From the human T2T-CHM13v2.0 reference genome, Homo sapiens: a DNA stretch of 64,000 bases. Shown here one piece after another: positions 1 through 13,148 of this stretch (the first letter of the stretch is position 1; each line of letters opens with the position of its first letter). Position numbers and translations under genes: made by a program. The notes below the pieces were generated by a model, which was not told the DNA's origin, ran no database searches, and saw nothing but the letters and a program-made list of their open reading frames with translations. Location of the stretch: assembly GCF_009914755.1 (NCBI RefSeq), contig NC_060936.1. The stretch is one strand, 5' to 3'.

Positions 1-427
1 GTGGTAAATTGATTGTAGTAATAGCCCCCAGTTCTTTACTCCTCCCTAGGTCTGTGACCTTGCCATGTAACTCTACAGTTCCTGCCTATTTTGACTGCAC
101 TCAGCCATGTGACTTGCATTGGCCAATGATATGACACATATAGACTTGCAAAGCACTTTCGCAGTTGAGCTTACCTGCTCTTACTCCTCCATCGTGGCCT
201 GATACCATGTGTGGGCTAAATAGAAATAGTACCAAGTCACCCTGGTAGTCCCACTGAGGCTGTCAGAAATCAGCCAACAGCCAAACAACTCCCAAACATG
301 TTAGTGAGCCCACCCAGAACATCTGAGTCCTGTCAAATTTTGAGCTAACCAAATGCTTCTTGTTGTAAGCCACTGAGGTTGTGTGGTTGTTGATGCAGAA
401 TTGTTGTGGCAATAGATGATTAATACA
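1..427 (+). mobile_element. MLT1-family MaLR solo LTR (5' end at window edge)
   Basis: MLT1-type motifs 'cagccatgtgacttgcattggccaatg' and 3' end 'tgttgtaagccactgaggttg...gcaatagatgattaataca'. Confidence 0.75.
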
Positions 428-439
428 CTACACTGCCCC

Positions 440-590
440 TGCAGTTAGACTGCCTAGGTTTGAATCCCAGCTCCAATACTAGCTGAGTGACCTTGGGAAG
501 TTACTCAACATCTCTGTGCTTCAGTTTCCTGGAAATGAGGAATGTAGACGTATAATGTGGATTATTGTAGTATCTATTTCATAGGGTATT
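440..590 (+). mobile_element. MIR SINE
   Basis: core 'ggtttgaatcccagctcc...gctgagtgaccttgggaagttactcaac...ctcagtttcct'. Confidence 0.8.
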
Positions 591-608
591 TCTAAAAATG
601 TAAAAGCT

Positions 609-1272
609 TTTTTATGACATATAAATTATATAAAATACACTGTACAAACCTTTAGTGTACATATTGATGGATTTTTACATACACTTATACACATGTATAT
701 ATGCTCATATAACCACTAACAAGATCCAAATATTTCAGATCTTCAAAATGTCCCTTTATCCCTGCCTGATCAGTAGCTCCTCAAAAGTAAGCACTATTCT
801 GACTTCCATCATCATGTATTAGTTTGGTCTGTTTTTGAAATTCACATAAACAGAATACAATATGTACTCTGTTGGGCTTACCATATTTCACTTGTGTGAC
901 TCTGTGTGAGATCATCCATACACTTCAGTATAGCAGTGGTTTGTTCCTTTTCATTACTATGTAATATTGCATGGCATGAATACACCATAATTATTATCTA
1001 TTCTGTTCACATTGATGGACATTTGAGTTTATTCCACTTTGGAGCTTTTATAAATAAAACATTACAAACATTCTTGTACATGTCTTTTAGTGGATATAAG
1101 ATCTCATTTATATTTTACTCATATACCCAGGAGCAGAACTGTTGGATCATAGGTTATACATATGTTTAGATTTATGAATGCTGCCAAAACAGTTTTCTAA
1201 AATGTTGTGCCAATTTACAATCCCATTAGCAATGTATGAGTGTTACGATTAATTCATATTCTTGCCTGCATT
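609..1272 (-). mobile_element. old L1M 3' end (ORF2 end + 3'UTR)
   Basis: T-tract, then antisense L1M motifs 'gatggacatttgagttt', 'tcccattagcaatgtatgag'. Confidence 0.75.
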
Positions 1273-1277
1273 AAGGG

Positions 1278-1568
1278 ATAAAAAGTCAAGTCATAGACTG
1301 AGAGAAGATTTTATAACAATATATAATTGACAACTTTCTGAAGAAAGAACTACAAATCAACTGACCAATCAAAAACTTCTACAAAAGCAATATAGACAGT
1401 TCAATTAAAAATGGGCAAATGACCTGATCAGCTCTTCAAAAAAGAAGATGTTCAAACGGCATATAACAGGTTCATCAACATTTGTTATCAGAGAGAGATG
1501 CAAATTAAACCATAATGAGACAACATTACTATCAAGAATGCTAAAATTAAAACTATTGACAATGCCAG
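1278..1568 (+). mobile_element. L1M ORF2 fragment, inverted relative to 609-1272
   Basis: 'aaaaatgggcaaatgacctga...gcaaattaaaccataatgagac...aaaattaaaactattgacaatgcc'. Confidence 0.7.
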
Positions 1569-1589
1569 GGGTTTTCTTTTGTTTTTAAT

Positions 1590-3240
1590 AGATGGCATCC
1601 AACATACACATCATTCAGCAACCTGTTGTTCAGTTAACATACAGGCTTAGAGAGCTGAACATGTTGCTACAAATATAACTAACTCATTCCTTTTAAGTTC
1701 CCTTTAGAATTCCGTAGTATAAAAATACCACAGTTCATTTCAACATTTCCATTCCAATGGAAATTTACTGTTCCAAATGAACAGTAACGAACAATCATAT
1801 ATGCCTCCTTGTGCACATGTGCAAATGTTTCTCCAGAGTAGACAATAGGGGATAAAGTTTGTGTGTCACAGAGAATGTGTATTTTTAGCTTTAATCATTA
1901 CTAGAAAAATCACCTCTTTATCAGCTGTATTAGTCGGCTGTCCTGCCAATAGTGTATGAGACATCTAATTTAAAAAATTAGATGTCATCCAATTTTTAAT
2001 TAATTTTTTAAATTGATGTTTAAAGTGGAATATTATCTTAGTTTTGCTTTCTGTGCTTACTAGTGAGGTTAAACATCTTTTCATGACTTTATTGGCCATT
2101 CGTATATCCACTTCTATGAATTGTCTTTTCATAACTTTGTTCTTTTTCTGTTAATTATTTATTTTTCTTACTAGCATCTATTTCTAATGCAAATCTTCAA
2201 TATTTGGTGTGTTTTGTGAATATTTTCTTTCAATCTACCAAGTGTTTTCTAACTTATACTGATCTTTATTGTGACAAGGGTTTATAACTGTGATTCAGTA
2301 AAACTTAGTATTTTCCCTTATGGCTTTTGCTTTTATTTCCCGTTTATGAAGGTCTTTCCTATACTAAAGAATGCATATATTTTTATAATATAGTTTTAGT
2401 ATTTATCTTTTTAATACACTTGGAGTTTCTAGTATAAGATATGTCTGACTTTTTCTCCAAGTAGAGGGCCAATTTATTGAATAATAAATCCTTTCACCTC
2501 TTATCTGAACAACGGAGTCATAATATACCAAATTTTATGTAAGAGAATATATATTTCTAATCTCTGTTCTGTTTCATTGACTCACTTATATATCCCTGCA
2601 CCAACACATTGTTTTAATTAATATCTTTATTTTATTTTCTAGCAAGTGCTATTACAAAGCCCCTGCTTTTTTATTCCTTTCCGAAATTGCCTTGCTCTTC
2701 TAGCACATTTACTTTCATAAAATTTTTAGAATTATTCTGTTAAATTTGGCTTAAAAATCATACTTATATTTTTATTGCAGTTGGGGTTGCATTGAATTTG
2801 TAGATTATTTGCAGTAAAATTGACATTTTAAAATATTGAGCATTTCTATCCATGAACATGGTTAATCTTCCTATTTATTTCTGTCTTTTATATCCTTCAA
2901 TAAAGTTTTATAGTTTTCTCCACAAAAGTCTTAAGGAACCTCTTTACATTATTTAAATTTTTGAATGAATTTTTGAAAATTTCTCCTATTAAATTTTCTT
3001 TTCTATTCCTTTTTTTTTTAATTTTTGGAGATGAAGGTCTCACTTCATCACCCAGGCTGGAGTACAGGCATGATCACAGTTCACTGCAGCCTCAAACTCC
3101 TGGGCTCGAGAGATCACACCTCAGCCTCCCAGCTAGCTAGGACTACAGGCATACACCACCATACCTGGCTAATTTCTATTCTATTTTCTAATGGGATATT
3201 ACTGATATATAGGTAAGGAATTTTTGTTTGTTTGTTTATT
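1590..3240 (-). mobile_element. old L1M (ME-like) antisense fragment, interrupted by an Alu monomer
   Basis: antisense ORF2 motifs 'ttattggccattcgtatatc', 'gcattgaatttgtagatta', 'ctatccatgaacatgg'. Confidence 0.7.
3010..3176 (-). mobile_element. Alu right-arm monomer (FRAM/AluJ-like)
   Basis: poly-T then 'cccaggctggagtacagg...cactgcagcctcaaactcctgggctc...cctggctaattt'. Confidence 0.85.
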
Positions 3241-3712
3241 TGTTTTTACATAGTTTTTTTTCTTTTTTGTACTTCCTATACGAAGGTTCAATACATAGTA
3301 TTTTCTAATAAATATCTTAATGTGCTTTTGGTATTTTCCTGATATTACCCATACTGGTGGAAAAGATTGAAGATAATATGCCAGCTACCAGTATCCCACA
3401 AGATTACCTGTGAAGAATTCATGAAAATATACTAAAATAAGTTTTCATAACAATTTAGTATGGAACGAGTCTCTATTAAAACTGTTCAGGGAATATGTTT
3501 CCAAAAATATCTCATTATAATATAGGTATTATCATCCATAAAATGATCTGATACCACATTCCACCCACCACACCAGCCCAGTCCCTCTAAGCTTCTAAAA
3601 CAAGTCCTCACTATCACTGGTTCCCTACTCTTCTCCTCGGCAGATTTCCCCCAGCATCTGATCTTGCTGCCCATCCCTTATATTCATCAGTTCTTCTCTT
3701 CTTCTCTCATAG

Positions 3713-3733
3713 AGCAGTGGTCCCATTAACATG
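3713..3733 (+). other. candidate 21-nt microexon
   Basis: acceptor 'ttcttctcttcttctctcatAG' and donor 'ATG|GTAAGA'; no transcript evidence. Confidence 0.2.
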
Positions 3734-3958
3734 GTAAGAAACTGTTTATTTGCTTAAACAGGCAAAACAGGAGAGGAAAGCTGCACTTCCCTTTCCCTTC
3801 CTAACCATGTCTAAATACTGGCTGCCCTTAGTACAATTCTAAAATGGGGAGGGGGAAACAACCAGAGATATAGGTAAATTTAAAGATCCTTTCCCCTTGA
3901 CTTCCTCTGGTTTCATCTTCAGAGTAATAAAACCAACCATAAAAACTAGTATTTATTA

Positions 3959-4470
<512 letters not shown>

Positions 4471-4829
4471 CCCTGTTCCTCAACTCTTCTCTAACTCGAT
4501 AATGTTGTGGGAAGAAAATATGGAGCAAAATAAACACTCTTTTATCTGACACTTATATATTTGTGTTTATGACATTAAAACCTAAAAGATTTTACACATT
4601 TCACTGCTCAACACAGTAATCACTGTTTTAGCCATGAAGTACACCCATATTTTGAACCCACTGCAGGACAGAAAATATCGTCTCTTAGTGACACGGGAGC
4701 ACATATCTGGAGTTGTGCCAAAATACTACTGGTTCCCAAAATGCTCTTGGCCACATAAATGCAGAGAAAGAAAAGCATAGATGGGACTATGATATTTTAC
4801 CTCAGCCACATTTTGTGGGATTCTATGAA

Positions 4830-5000
4830 CTTCAGGCTGTGTGATCTTGAGCATGTCACTTCATTTCTCTCCGTATATCTCCGCTGCCTCAGTGGTTAAA
4901 CAGTGGTAATAATGGCACTTACCTAGTATGTTTCTGAAACTATTAAATAGTACCTATATAGTGATCAGAACAGCAGCTGGCCATTTCAAGTGCCATATGA
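4830..5000 (+). mobile_element. MIR fragment
   Basis: 'ggctgtgtgatcttgagcatgtcactt...ggtaataatggcacttacct'. Confidence 0.55.
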
Positions 5001-5433
5001 GAATTCTCACCGTCCTTAGATCCTTCATCATTCCGGGTGACAAAGTTCAAATCTACTTTTATTCCAACATCTCAAACTGGATTCCAGTTTGGGGAGTGGT
5101 TTGGAGATCCAATTTTGGGGGGTCTTCAAAAACTTTTAGAAGTTTTATTTTCAGACCTACTCGCTTTTCAAAGACAGTGGGATATATGTTTCTGATCCAC
5201 TGAAAAGAGTATTTGTTTGGCTTAATTTCTCTCTCCTCCTGCTAAAAGCCACTCACTACTCAAGGTCTACTATGAATCTTTTAGGAAAATAAATACTTCT
5301 TAAAGGCTTTTCCTTCGAAGCAGACCATGGTGTTTTGACCAAGTACAAATCTTCATCAGTATATCCATGTTTCTGAAGCTGGCCTCCTGTGGCTAAACGA
5401 GCTTTGCTCCCACATCTTAAGTTTCTCTACAAT

Positions 5434-5889
5434 TGACTCACTGGGAGCTGGGCTAACCTGTCCTAGCCTCCCTCACTTCAGCCAAATAAAAACATTCCTG
5501 GTTCTCACCTGTGCAGTCTAGACCAGCCCTGCTGCCCTGCTGCCCTGCTGTAGTGGACTCCTGCCAAACTTTTGCTGAAGAAAACCTCAGAAACAGGAAC
5601 AGGAAGCCTATTCAGGGATCAAGTTTCCTTGATATAGATCTGTCCTCTGTACTGCCTGCCTGATCCCTCATCGACCTTTTATTCTCCCACTCCTTGTGGC
5701 CTTATCTTCACTCTAACTCATTGACTTTGGGTGTCCTTGAACCAACTTTCTCTAATGGCAGTAGATTTCTTGTCTTCCAGGGCTCAGCCAGCTTTGTGAC
5801 TAACCCCAGCCTGCCCCAACTGCCTGCTACCTTAGCTTGCTTTTGGCTTTGCAGTTTTCCTTGGCTACAAGCCCAAAGTAGTGACGTCA
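5434..5889. promoter_or_regulatory. candidate enhancer/promoter: AP-1, ETS and full CRE motifs
   Basis: TGACTCA 5434-5440, CAGGAAG 5600-5606, palindromic TGACGTCA 5882-5889 in apparently non-repeat DNA. Confidence 0.3.
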
Positions 5890-6809
5890 TTCACCTGTAC
5901 CCCCAGGGCTGACATATCCCAACCTTTTCCCTTTATGTCCCTGTGAAATGCCCTGGCATCCTAGTTGAAGGAATCTCACTAAATAAAAAGGGTCAGAAAG
6001 AATTTTTTTACACTACCAGGATGTGAACGATATGATACGGCATTGCAAAGCCAGAGAAAACACATTCAGAGGGTCCTGTTTATTCTTCACAGGGGTAATC
6101 TTGCTGTATTGGAGTTTCTAAAACCAAAGCATGCAGTTTTCAAATATTATTTTGAAGAAAATAACTCAGATAATCTGTGTCCATTAGTAGATCTTTTCAT
6201 CTAGTTATAGGACCTCTATATATAAGATGAAAGGACAACAAACCACTTGTAATCCAGAGATTTGCATTCATATCATTTTTATACTACTGGCTGTGTGACT
6301 TTGGGCAAGTCCTCTAATTCTTCCAAACCTCAATTTTTCACATATATAATATTGGGTCCAAAAACACCACTAAACTATAGTTTTTTGAGATTATGGGATG
6401 TGTCTTATTTTTATGAGACTCTTCCCCAAAATGTGGCCTAGAGAAAATGCTCCAAATTATTGATTTCATCAGACTGATAAAAGAATCAAATAAGCTGAAG
6501 TATGCATAATCACTTTGAAAATTATAAAGCACCATATAAATATTTTTATTATTATGAATGCATTGTGTGCCAAAACATTTTATAGAATTCAGAACATATT
6601 TCCCCAAAAACCCATGGTGCAATTCCCTATCCTTCAGATCACAAATTAGATGTTACCTGAAACATTTGTTTCCCCTCCTGCGTGCCTTCATCAGGCTTGT
6701 CCGGTCCCGCTTCTTGTATCTTTTTGTCTGAGCTCCCCACTAGATTGTAAAATCCTTGAGAACAGAGCCATATGGCCTATGTCTGGGTCATTGTACATAT
6801 TAATACTAT

Positions 6810-7048
6810 ATATAGCAATTAGTACATGCCAGTCTTCATCTTAAGTGCTTTACCTATAAATATTAACTCATGTAATCCTCACAAAATTCTATAACATGGA
6901 AATTACTCTTACACCCATTTTATAAATGTGGAAACGGAGGCATGGAGAAGTTAAGTGACCTTCTGAAGCACACATAGCCAGTGAGTGACAGAGCTGGGAT
7001 TTGGACCCAGATAGACTAATTCCAGGGTCCATGCTGTTAACTACCATA
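6810..7048 (-). mobile_element. MIR SINE, near full length
   Basis: 'taatcctcac...cccattttataaatgtggaaacggaggc...agttaagtgacc...agagctgggatttggacccag'. Confidence 0.85.
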
Positions 7049-7399
7049 TTAGAGTGCCTTGGTTGGTTGGGTAGGTGGGTGGGGAAGATATTCCATGTAC
7101 CATTTGTCCTTTGTTATCTCTACTTCCAGACAAGACAATAATGTGAAAAAGCAAAGCTGAGGTTTTATACCCCACCATAAATAAGCTACCCAAAGGATTC
7201 TGGTGAGCTTGGAAATTACAGCTTTTAAGCCAAAATGACTCCTATCAACAAAGACACATTCACTTCTCCAGCCTGCCCACTTACACAATTTCCACTCTCC
7301 TCCCTCTCCCTCCTTCCCCCGTCCCCCAACAAACACATTGACTATGCACTGGATACACTGTCAGTCTGGTCAATTAATTTTGCTATGTACTTCTCCCGT

Positions 7400-8476
7400 A
7401 CGTATCTCACTCCATCCTATGATTTCAAATGTCCTCCAAAAAACATTATCTTTCATACTTTTGTCCAATTTAAATCTCTATATTGAACTGCACACTAGAC
7501 ATTTTTACTTGGATATTTTACAGGACAGGCCTCATATTCAATGGATATTCAATTCAACATATCCAAGTCAGGACAAATGAGCTTCCCCTTCAAGTGTGTT
7601 TTTTCTAAGGGTAAATAGCAGCAAGCACCATTACTAGGTACTCTAAATAAAAACCTGGAAATCAAGTTGATCATCCCATCTTTGCATCTTATACCTACTC
7701 AGTAATTCATGAAACCCAACAATTCTCTTAACAGTATCTTAACTCCACTCCCATTCCCTCTCAGCATTGTAATCTAAGGCACCAAATCTCTCCTCTGGAC
7801 AATTCTAAGAGCTTCCTAACAAAAATCCCATTTTCATTCTTGCTTTTCTCTAATCTACTCTAACACAGCAGACTCAAAAAGAAAATCATCCCCCAGCTTA
7901 AGTCCATTCAAAACCTTCCAGATGCTTTGTGGAGAAAAATAAAATCTTTACTGTGGCTTGCAAGACACTGGGTGGTTCTGCTCCCACCAACTTCTGCAAC
8001 TTTAACTCATGTCTTTCATTCCCTGGCTTACTAACCTTCAGAACTTAGGGATCTTTCATGAATTCCTTGAATCTGCCAAGTTCTTTCCTGTTTCTTCTAG
8101 GCTTTTGCACATGCTGTTCCTTCTGTTTGGAACTCTCTCTTCCTTATTTACTATTTAGTCAATCCCACATTTATCTTTTAAGCCTCAGCTAAATGTCACT
8201 CCAATGAAGAAGTTACACATGTTCACCCACACATGCAGACTACATTAGGTTCCCACATTATACATTTTCATGGCATAATGAAATTTTCCTTCACTACACT
8301 TTGTTGCACGATGTATTTCCCTTTGATGGCCTCATCAAAGTTTATTATATGTATGATCATTTATTTTAGTCTATCTTTTCTGATAAACTATAAGTTCCAT
8401 GAAGTCAAAGACCAGTCTTGTTCACTGTTCTGTTTACAGTGCCTAGCACACATCCTTAAATTAATGAATGAATGAA
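7400..8476 (+). mobile_element. L2 LINE 3' region
   Basis: 'ggcttttgcacatgctgttccttctg', ending 'cagtgcctagcacac...aatgaatgaatgaa'. Confidence 0.8.
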
Positions 8477-8509
8477 CCAATGCTATCCTGGTAGTTTGGA
8501 GTGAAATAA

Positions 8510-8690
8510 TAACAATAGACATTCAAGGTACACTTTTTTATTTTATCCTCATAACAACTTTGTGAGATGGTATTATCACCCTTTGACAGGTGAGGAAGCC
8601 AGTGTTCATAGAAATGGGGTTAGTTGCCCAGATTGCATGAGACACGGCTGGTATACAATCCAAATCTGTGTGTTCAATAGCTCAGTTCCA
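8510..8690 (-). mobile_element. MIR fragment
   Basis: 'atcctcataacaactttgtgagatggtattatcaccctttgacaggtgaggaagc'. Confidence 0.65.
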
Positions 8691-8863
8691 CTGAGCAATG
8701 AGTTACTTCCCAAGTTATTGTAAAATTTATTCTTCCAGGAACAGGGATAATTGTGATCACTTCACTTTTTAAAGAATAAGTTATTGCCTATGAAAAAAAT
8801 TTCTCCAGATGCTTTGTATTTTATAAATGCTGGATAATATTAGTATCTCTTTGGCATTTACAG

Positions 8864-9099
8864 GGAATTCTTCGGGATAAGCAAAACCAGTGTACCACCA
8901 CTTTCCATTTAAAGTAAAGCCCACTAAAATCATTAGGTAAAGTCCTGATAAATTAAGAAGTATTTCACATTCATTGAAACGAAAACACATAGAGAAAGAA
9001 ACTGAGTGTATTAAAGCAAATTACACAGAAAAAGGAAGTTGGTGAGATAAAGGCATGATCTAAGAAAATGGAAGAGATACTGGAAGAAAGAGAAGACAG
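8864..9099 (+). ncRNA. candidate non-coding exon
   Basis: acceptor 'tctctttggcatttaCAG', GAAGA-rich 3' part, consensus donor CAG|GTAAGT. Confidence 0.2.
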
Positions 9100-10040
9100 G
9101 TAAGTACAAGGACACATGGAAACAAAGAAAGAAAAACAGACTACTCAAGTCCCTGGGAGAGTCCAGAGGAGCACATGGCAAGAAAGATGCTGCTTCTGCT
9201 TCAAAGCAAAATAGTAGTGTTTCTGACTATCTAAGAGTTTAGTAGCTAATAGCCAGAGTACCTGATGACTAGAAGGTTTGCTCATACCAAGGTTTTAGAA
9301 TTGATTGGTCAGTCAAAATTTAAACATAACATTTCCTATTTGCGTCTAATGTCTTTGTTTGCAACATGGGTGAAAGTGAGAGGAAATTTGAGGATAGGAG
9401 TTTCTCCTCTGCTAGGCCAAAGTGTGTGTGGCCCCATCTCCAGTGCCCTATTCCCCACTTCTGAAACCAGACTGGGATTTGTCCTGATCCCCTAACTGAG
9501 TTCTTACACAGACCTGCTACAGTCAGTCCATTTTTTTTTTTTAACTCTGAATGTTTTCTTCTCCATAGAATGGAGATAGACATTCTGGGCTGGTCTTTCT
9601 CAGTGCTATTTGGCTCATAGAATCTGAGAAGTGGGAAGGAGTTGAAAGAAGAATGTTTAGTGTAACGTCAAACTGGACATGTGACTCTCCATTGCATTAT
9701 CCCACCCAGCCACCACCCCTAATTAGTTCTTTCACCCCTCCCTCAATTCCAACACTTTATTAAATGTTAGTTTTTTATAATTACTTACACTGTATAGTTT
9801 TTCTAGGATTATGTTATATTCACATAAATGGAAAGATTTTGAGGTCTTTAAAAATTATGGTGATACAGTTCCTACTTTATGCATTATGCACAAGAAAATA
9901 TAAATGAAGGATAAGTTAAAATAACAGCATGAGGTTTGCAAAATATTTTTTAAGAAAATCTAAATTTCCAATGTTGTTTTGGTATTCAAAGGAAAAATTA
10001 AAAAGTAAGTTGCATCCTTGGAGACATCATCCCTGTATAG

Positions 10041-10264
10041 CAGTGGTTTCCAAGGTGTGGTCACTGGTTTAGCTGCAGTAGCAGCATCACCTGGATATAT
10101 ATTAGAAATTCAAAATCTCTCCAGGCTCCAGGTAACTGAGAGGGAAAAAAAATAAATTCAAAATCTCTGTCCCACACCAGATGTACTGAATCAGAAACTC
10201 TGAGGTTGAAGGCCAGCAATCTGCTTTGTTATAAGCCCTGCCCCTTGAAGTTTGAGAACCACTG
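10041..10264 (+). mobile_element. MER5A (hAT-Charlie) with a small internal insertion
   Basis: TIRs 'cagtggtt'...'aaccactg'; internal 'gcagcatcacctgg', 'tactgaatcagaaactctg'. Confidence 0.85.
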
Positions 10265-10368
10265 CTTTACGCCATGAAGTAGAAGGCTTGGATGTAGATG
10301 TGTTGAGGGAAGTAATAGGAATACAGCGAGTGTGTTGGTGTGTTTTCGTTGTTAAAAATGAGAATAAT

Positions 10369-10446
10369 ATTAGATTGAACTATATGATGTTGCCAATAGT
10401 CAACCATTTCTGCCCTACATAAAATATAATATAGAATTCAACATAA
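10369..10446. mobile_element. MADE2 mariner MITE
   Basis: about 80 bp, imperfect palindrome 'tattagattgaactatatga...attcaacataa'. Confidence 0.65.
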
Positions 10447-12323
10447 AAATGTATATTTTAGGTTGATGATCAGTGTGATAAGAACTCATGAACTTATGAA
10501 ATTTTCATAAATGTTCCCTAGTGGTCTAAAACCAACCTGATCATGGCTTCTAATCTCAGAAATGAGCTCTAAAGTAATTACAGGTATGCCTTCTAGTATC
10601 CAATAGAGATCATTGGCAGGCAGCCTCCAGCATACATTTCTTGTAAGAAAGTAAGTACTATAGTTGTCTTTCTCCAATAATTAAGACAATCAAGGAAATA
10701 CAATACCTACATGTTTGCCTGTACATATCTCTGGGCCAAAATAGCAACTGACTGTATTCCCATCCCCTTCTTCTTTCAGGCATATGCCTCCCTCTTCCAA
10801 AATGTTCTTCCTTCCCAGCTATTTTTATAAGCAATTACATGCTTATAAAATAACTGACTTCTAGGATGAGATGGAAATTAGCACAGGGCTCACCAATAAT
10901 TCTGAAGCAAAGCATGAAAACTGAAGCTCTTAGCTGGAGTCAATGCAAATGAAGAGTGAGTCCCATGTTTCTCTTGTCATCCTGGGTTTATCAGTTAATA
11001 TGATGCAGTAGACTCTGTTACTGGATATGGCCTAGAAAGAAAAACAACACACCTTCTGTTCAATCTATGTTAACTAGATGAGTAATGTTGAACCAGATGA
11101 ATATGTTAAATGCACCTTACAATATTTGAGATCTTCAAAAGAAAAAGATGGAGCTCACGTTGGAGGGGAAGAAGGAAGAAAGAGGAGGAATGGAAAAGGG
11201 AGTAGAATGCTTTTCTTGGGTGTACATGCCTTCTTCTCAAATTACAGTGACAGTGTTTGAAAGATCAAAATTCTGTCATATATACCCTTAAACAACAATG
11301 TCCCTCACCAGTATATATATGAGTAATAGATATATATACTGGTATGTGATGGTATACCATCATGGTAAAGGGAATCAATAAGTAGTCAATACTCATAAAT
11401 GAAAGCAGAGACAGAAAAAGTAAGGGATCTACAAATTTCCATTAAACAATTGTTTGACACCATATTAAAGATTAGTTAGTGAAGACTCTTTAGCCATTCA
11501 AATTTTAAAATAATTATGCCCATTCTTACCATCTGTTCCCTATCCCAAATTAATGATATTATGATCAAAGTGCCTGCCCAGTTTGGAAATAATCCACATA
11601 CTCAAGAGATCACATTTGTGTGTGTGTGTGCATGTGTGTGTGGAATATTAGTGCTCTGACTTTTGGTTGGCTGTCATTGACTTGTTTGGAGAAATGAATT
11701 CATGCTTCTCAGTTCATTTCCAGAGCAACAGACAGATGGATAGTAACCTGCCAGATCAAATTCAAGGTTACAGTATACTTGAAGAGTTTGCGGTTATGTA
11801 TTTTCTTCTTAATGACAATCTCAATCTTACCTCCTTATCCATACCATGTGACCTCAATCAGCCACCTGAGAGTTGAGGGCATTGCCACTTTGCAACCAAA
11901 CTAAGGTGTGATATGAGTTCTACAACTTATCAAGAGCCCGGAGATCTTGAGATAATTAGAACTAGGTAAAGGCAATAGATTATGTATCTGTTCTTTCTTA
12001 GTTATTCTTGCATACCCTCAATAGAAAGGTGAAAATTTTGTTCTGAATGTGTATGTATATTTGATCATAAGAGTGGGGACAAAGCTAGCTCTTAGTCACT
12101 GTGAACCAAAGATACTTCCATCTGGTCAGTTTTGTCTGTCACCCAAGTGTTAAAATTGTATTCTACTCTAAATAAGACAGAAATACTTGTTTCTATTAAT
12201 TATAAAAGCCTCACCATATTTAAAACTTTTAGCCTGGCCTTTTTGATCTAGTCAAATAAAATATTGGGTTAAAAGGTGCTTAACTTAAAGTAACATAAGG
12301 TCAGCATAATTCTTCACACAGAG

Positions 12324-12325
<2 letters not shown>

Positions 12326-12374
<49 letters not shown>
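12326..12374. repeat. (CA)n microsatellite
   Basis: direct read. Confidence 0.95.
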
Positions 12375-12376
<2 letters not shown>

Positions 12377-12619
12377 GTTCTTATTTCCCCCAGGAGGACC
12401 CAATGGCTCTTTTCCCTCATTTTACCTCGCTCTTCATTCCCACTTACAGGCCCTCGCATAGTTGCTAGCCCAATCCACAGCCTAAGGGGATCTTGTCAGC
12501 ACATTCAAGACAGCACATTCTCTGCCAGCTCTCACCAATACACACTTCATTCTCCCTGCTTGTGCCAAAATAATTAATAAGTGCTTTGTAGCTTTTTCTC
12601 TAGTGCTCTCTGATTTTCC

Positions 12620-12993
12620 TTGGCTAAGGGTTTCTTAACAGAATACCAGAGATTGGACGGCTTAAACAACAGAAATTAATTTCTTCATATTTCTGAAGGC
12701 TGGGAGTCCAAGACCAAGGTGTCACCAGAGTTAGTTTCTTCTGAGGTCTCTCGCCTTGGCTTGTAGATGACCATCTTCTCTTTCTTTCTTCACATGGTCT
12801 TTCTCTGTGTCTATGTCCAAATTTTTTCTTATAAGGACACCTGTCATATGGAATGCGAGCTCACCCTAATGACTTCATTTTACCTTAATTATCTCTTCAA
12901 AGAAGCTATCTCCAAATACAGTCACATTTTGAGGTATTGGAGGTTAGGACTTCAACTTCTAAATTTTGAGGGGACACTATTTAGACCATAACA
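12620..12993 (-). mobile_element. MLT1A/B-like MaLR solo LTR
   Basis: 'ggcttaaacaacagaaatt...ggctgggagtccaagaccaaggtgtc...ggggacactatttagaccataaca'. Confidence 0.85.
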
Positions 12994-13148
12994 CCCATTT
13001 AAGAAAATGAAAAGGGAAAGTGGGAGTATGGAAAACACATGACTGATTACCTTCAGTACATCAGAGTCAGGAAAAAAAGAACTCTTGTCCCCGAGTAAAA
13101 GTGATGTTCTGGGACTTCAAACAGCATGAAAAGAAAAGCAATGGAGTG

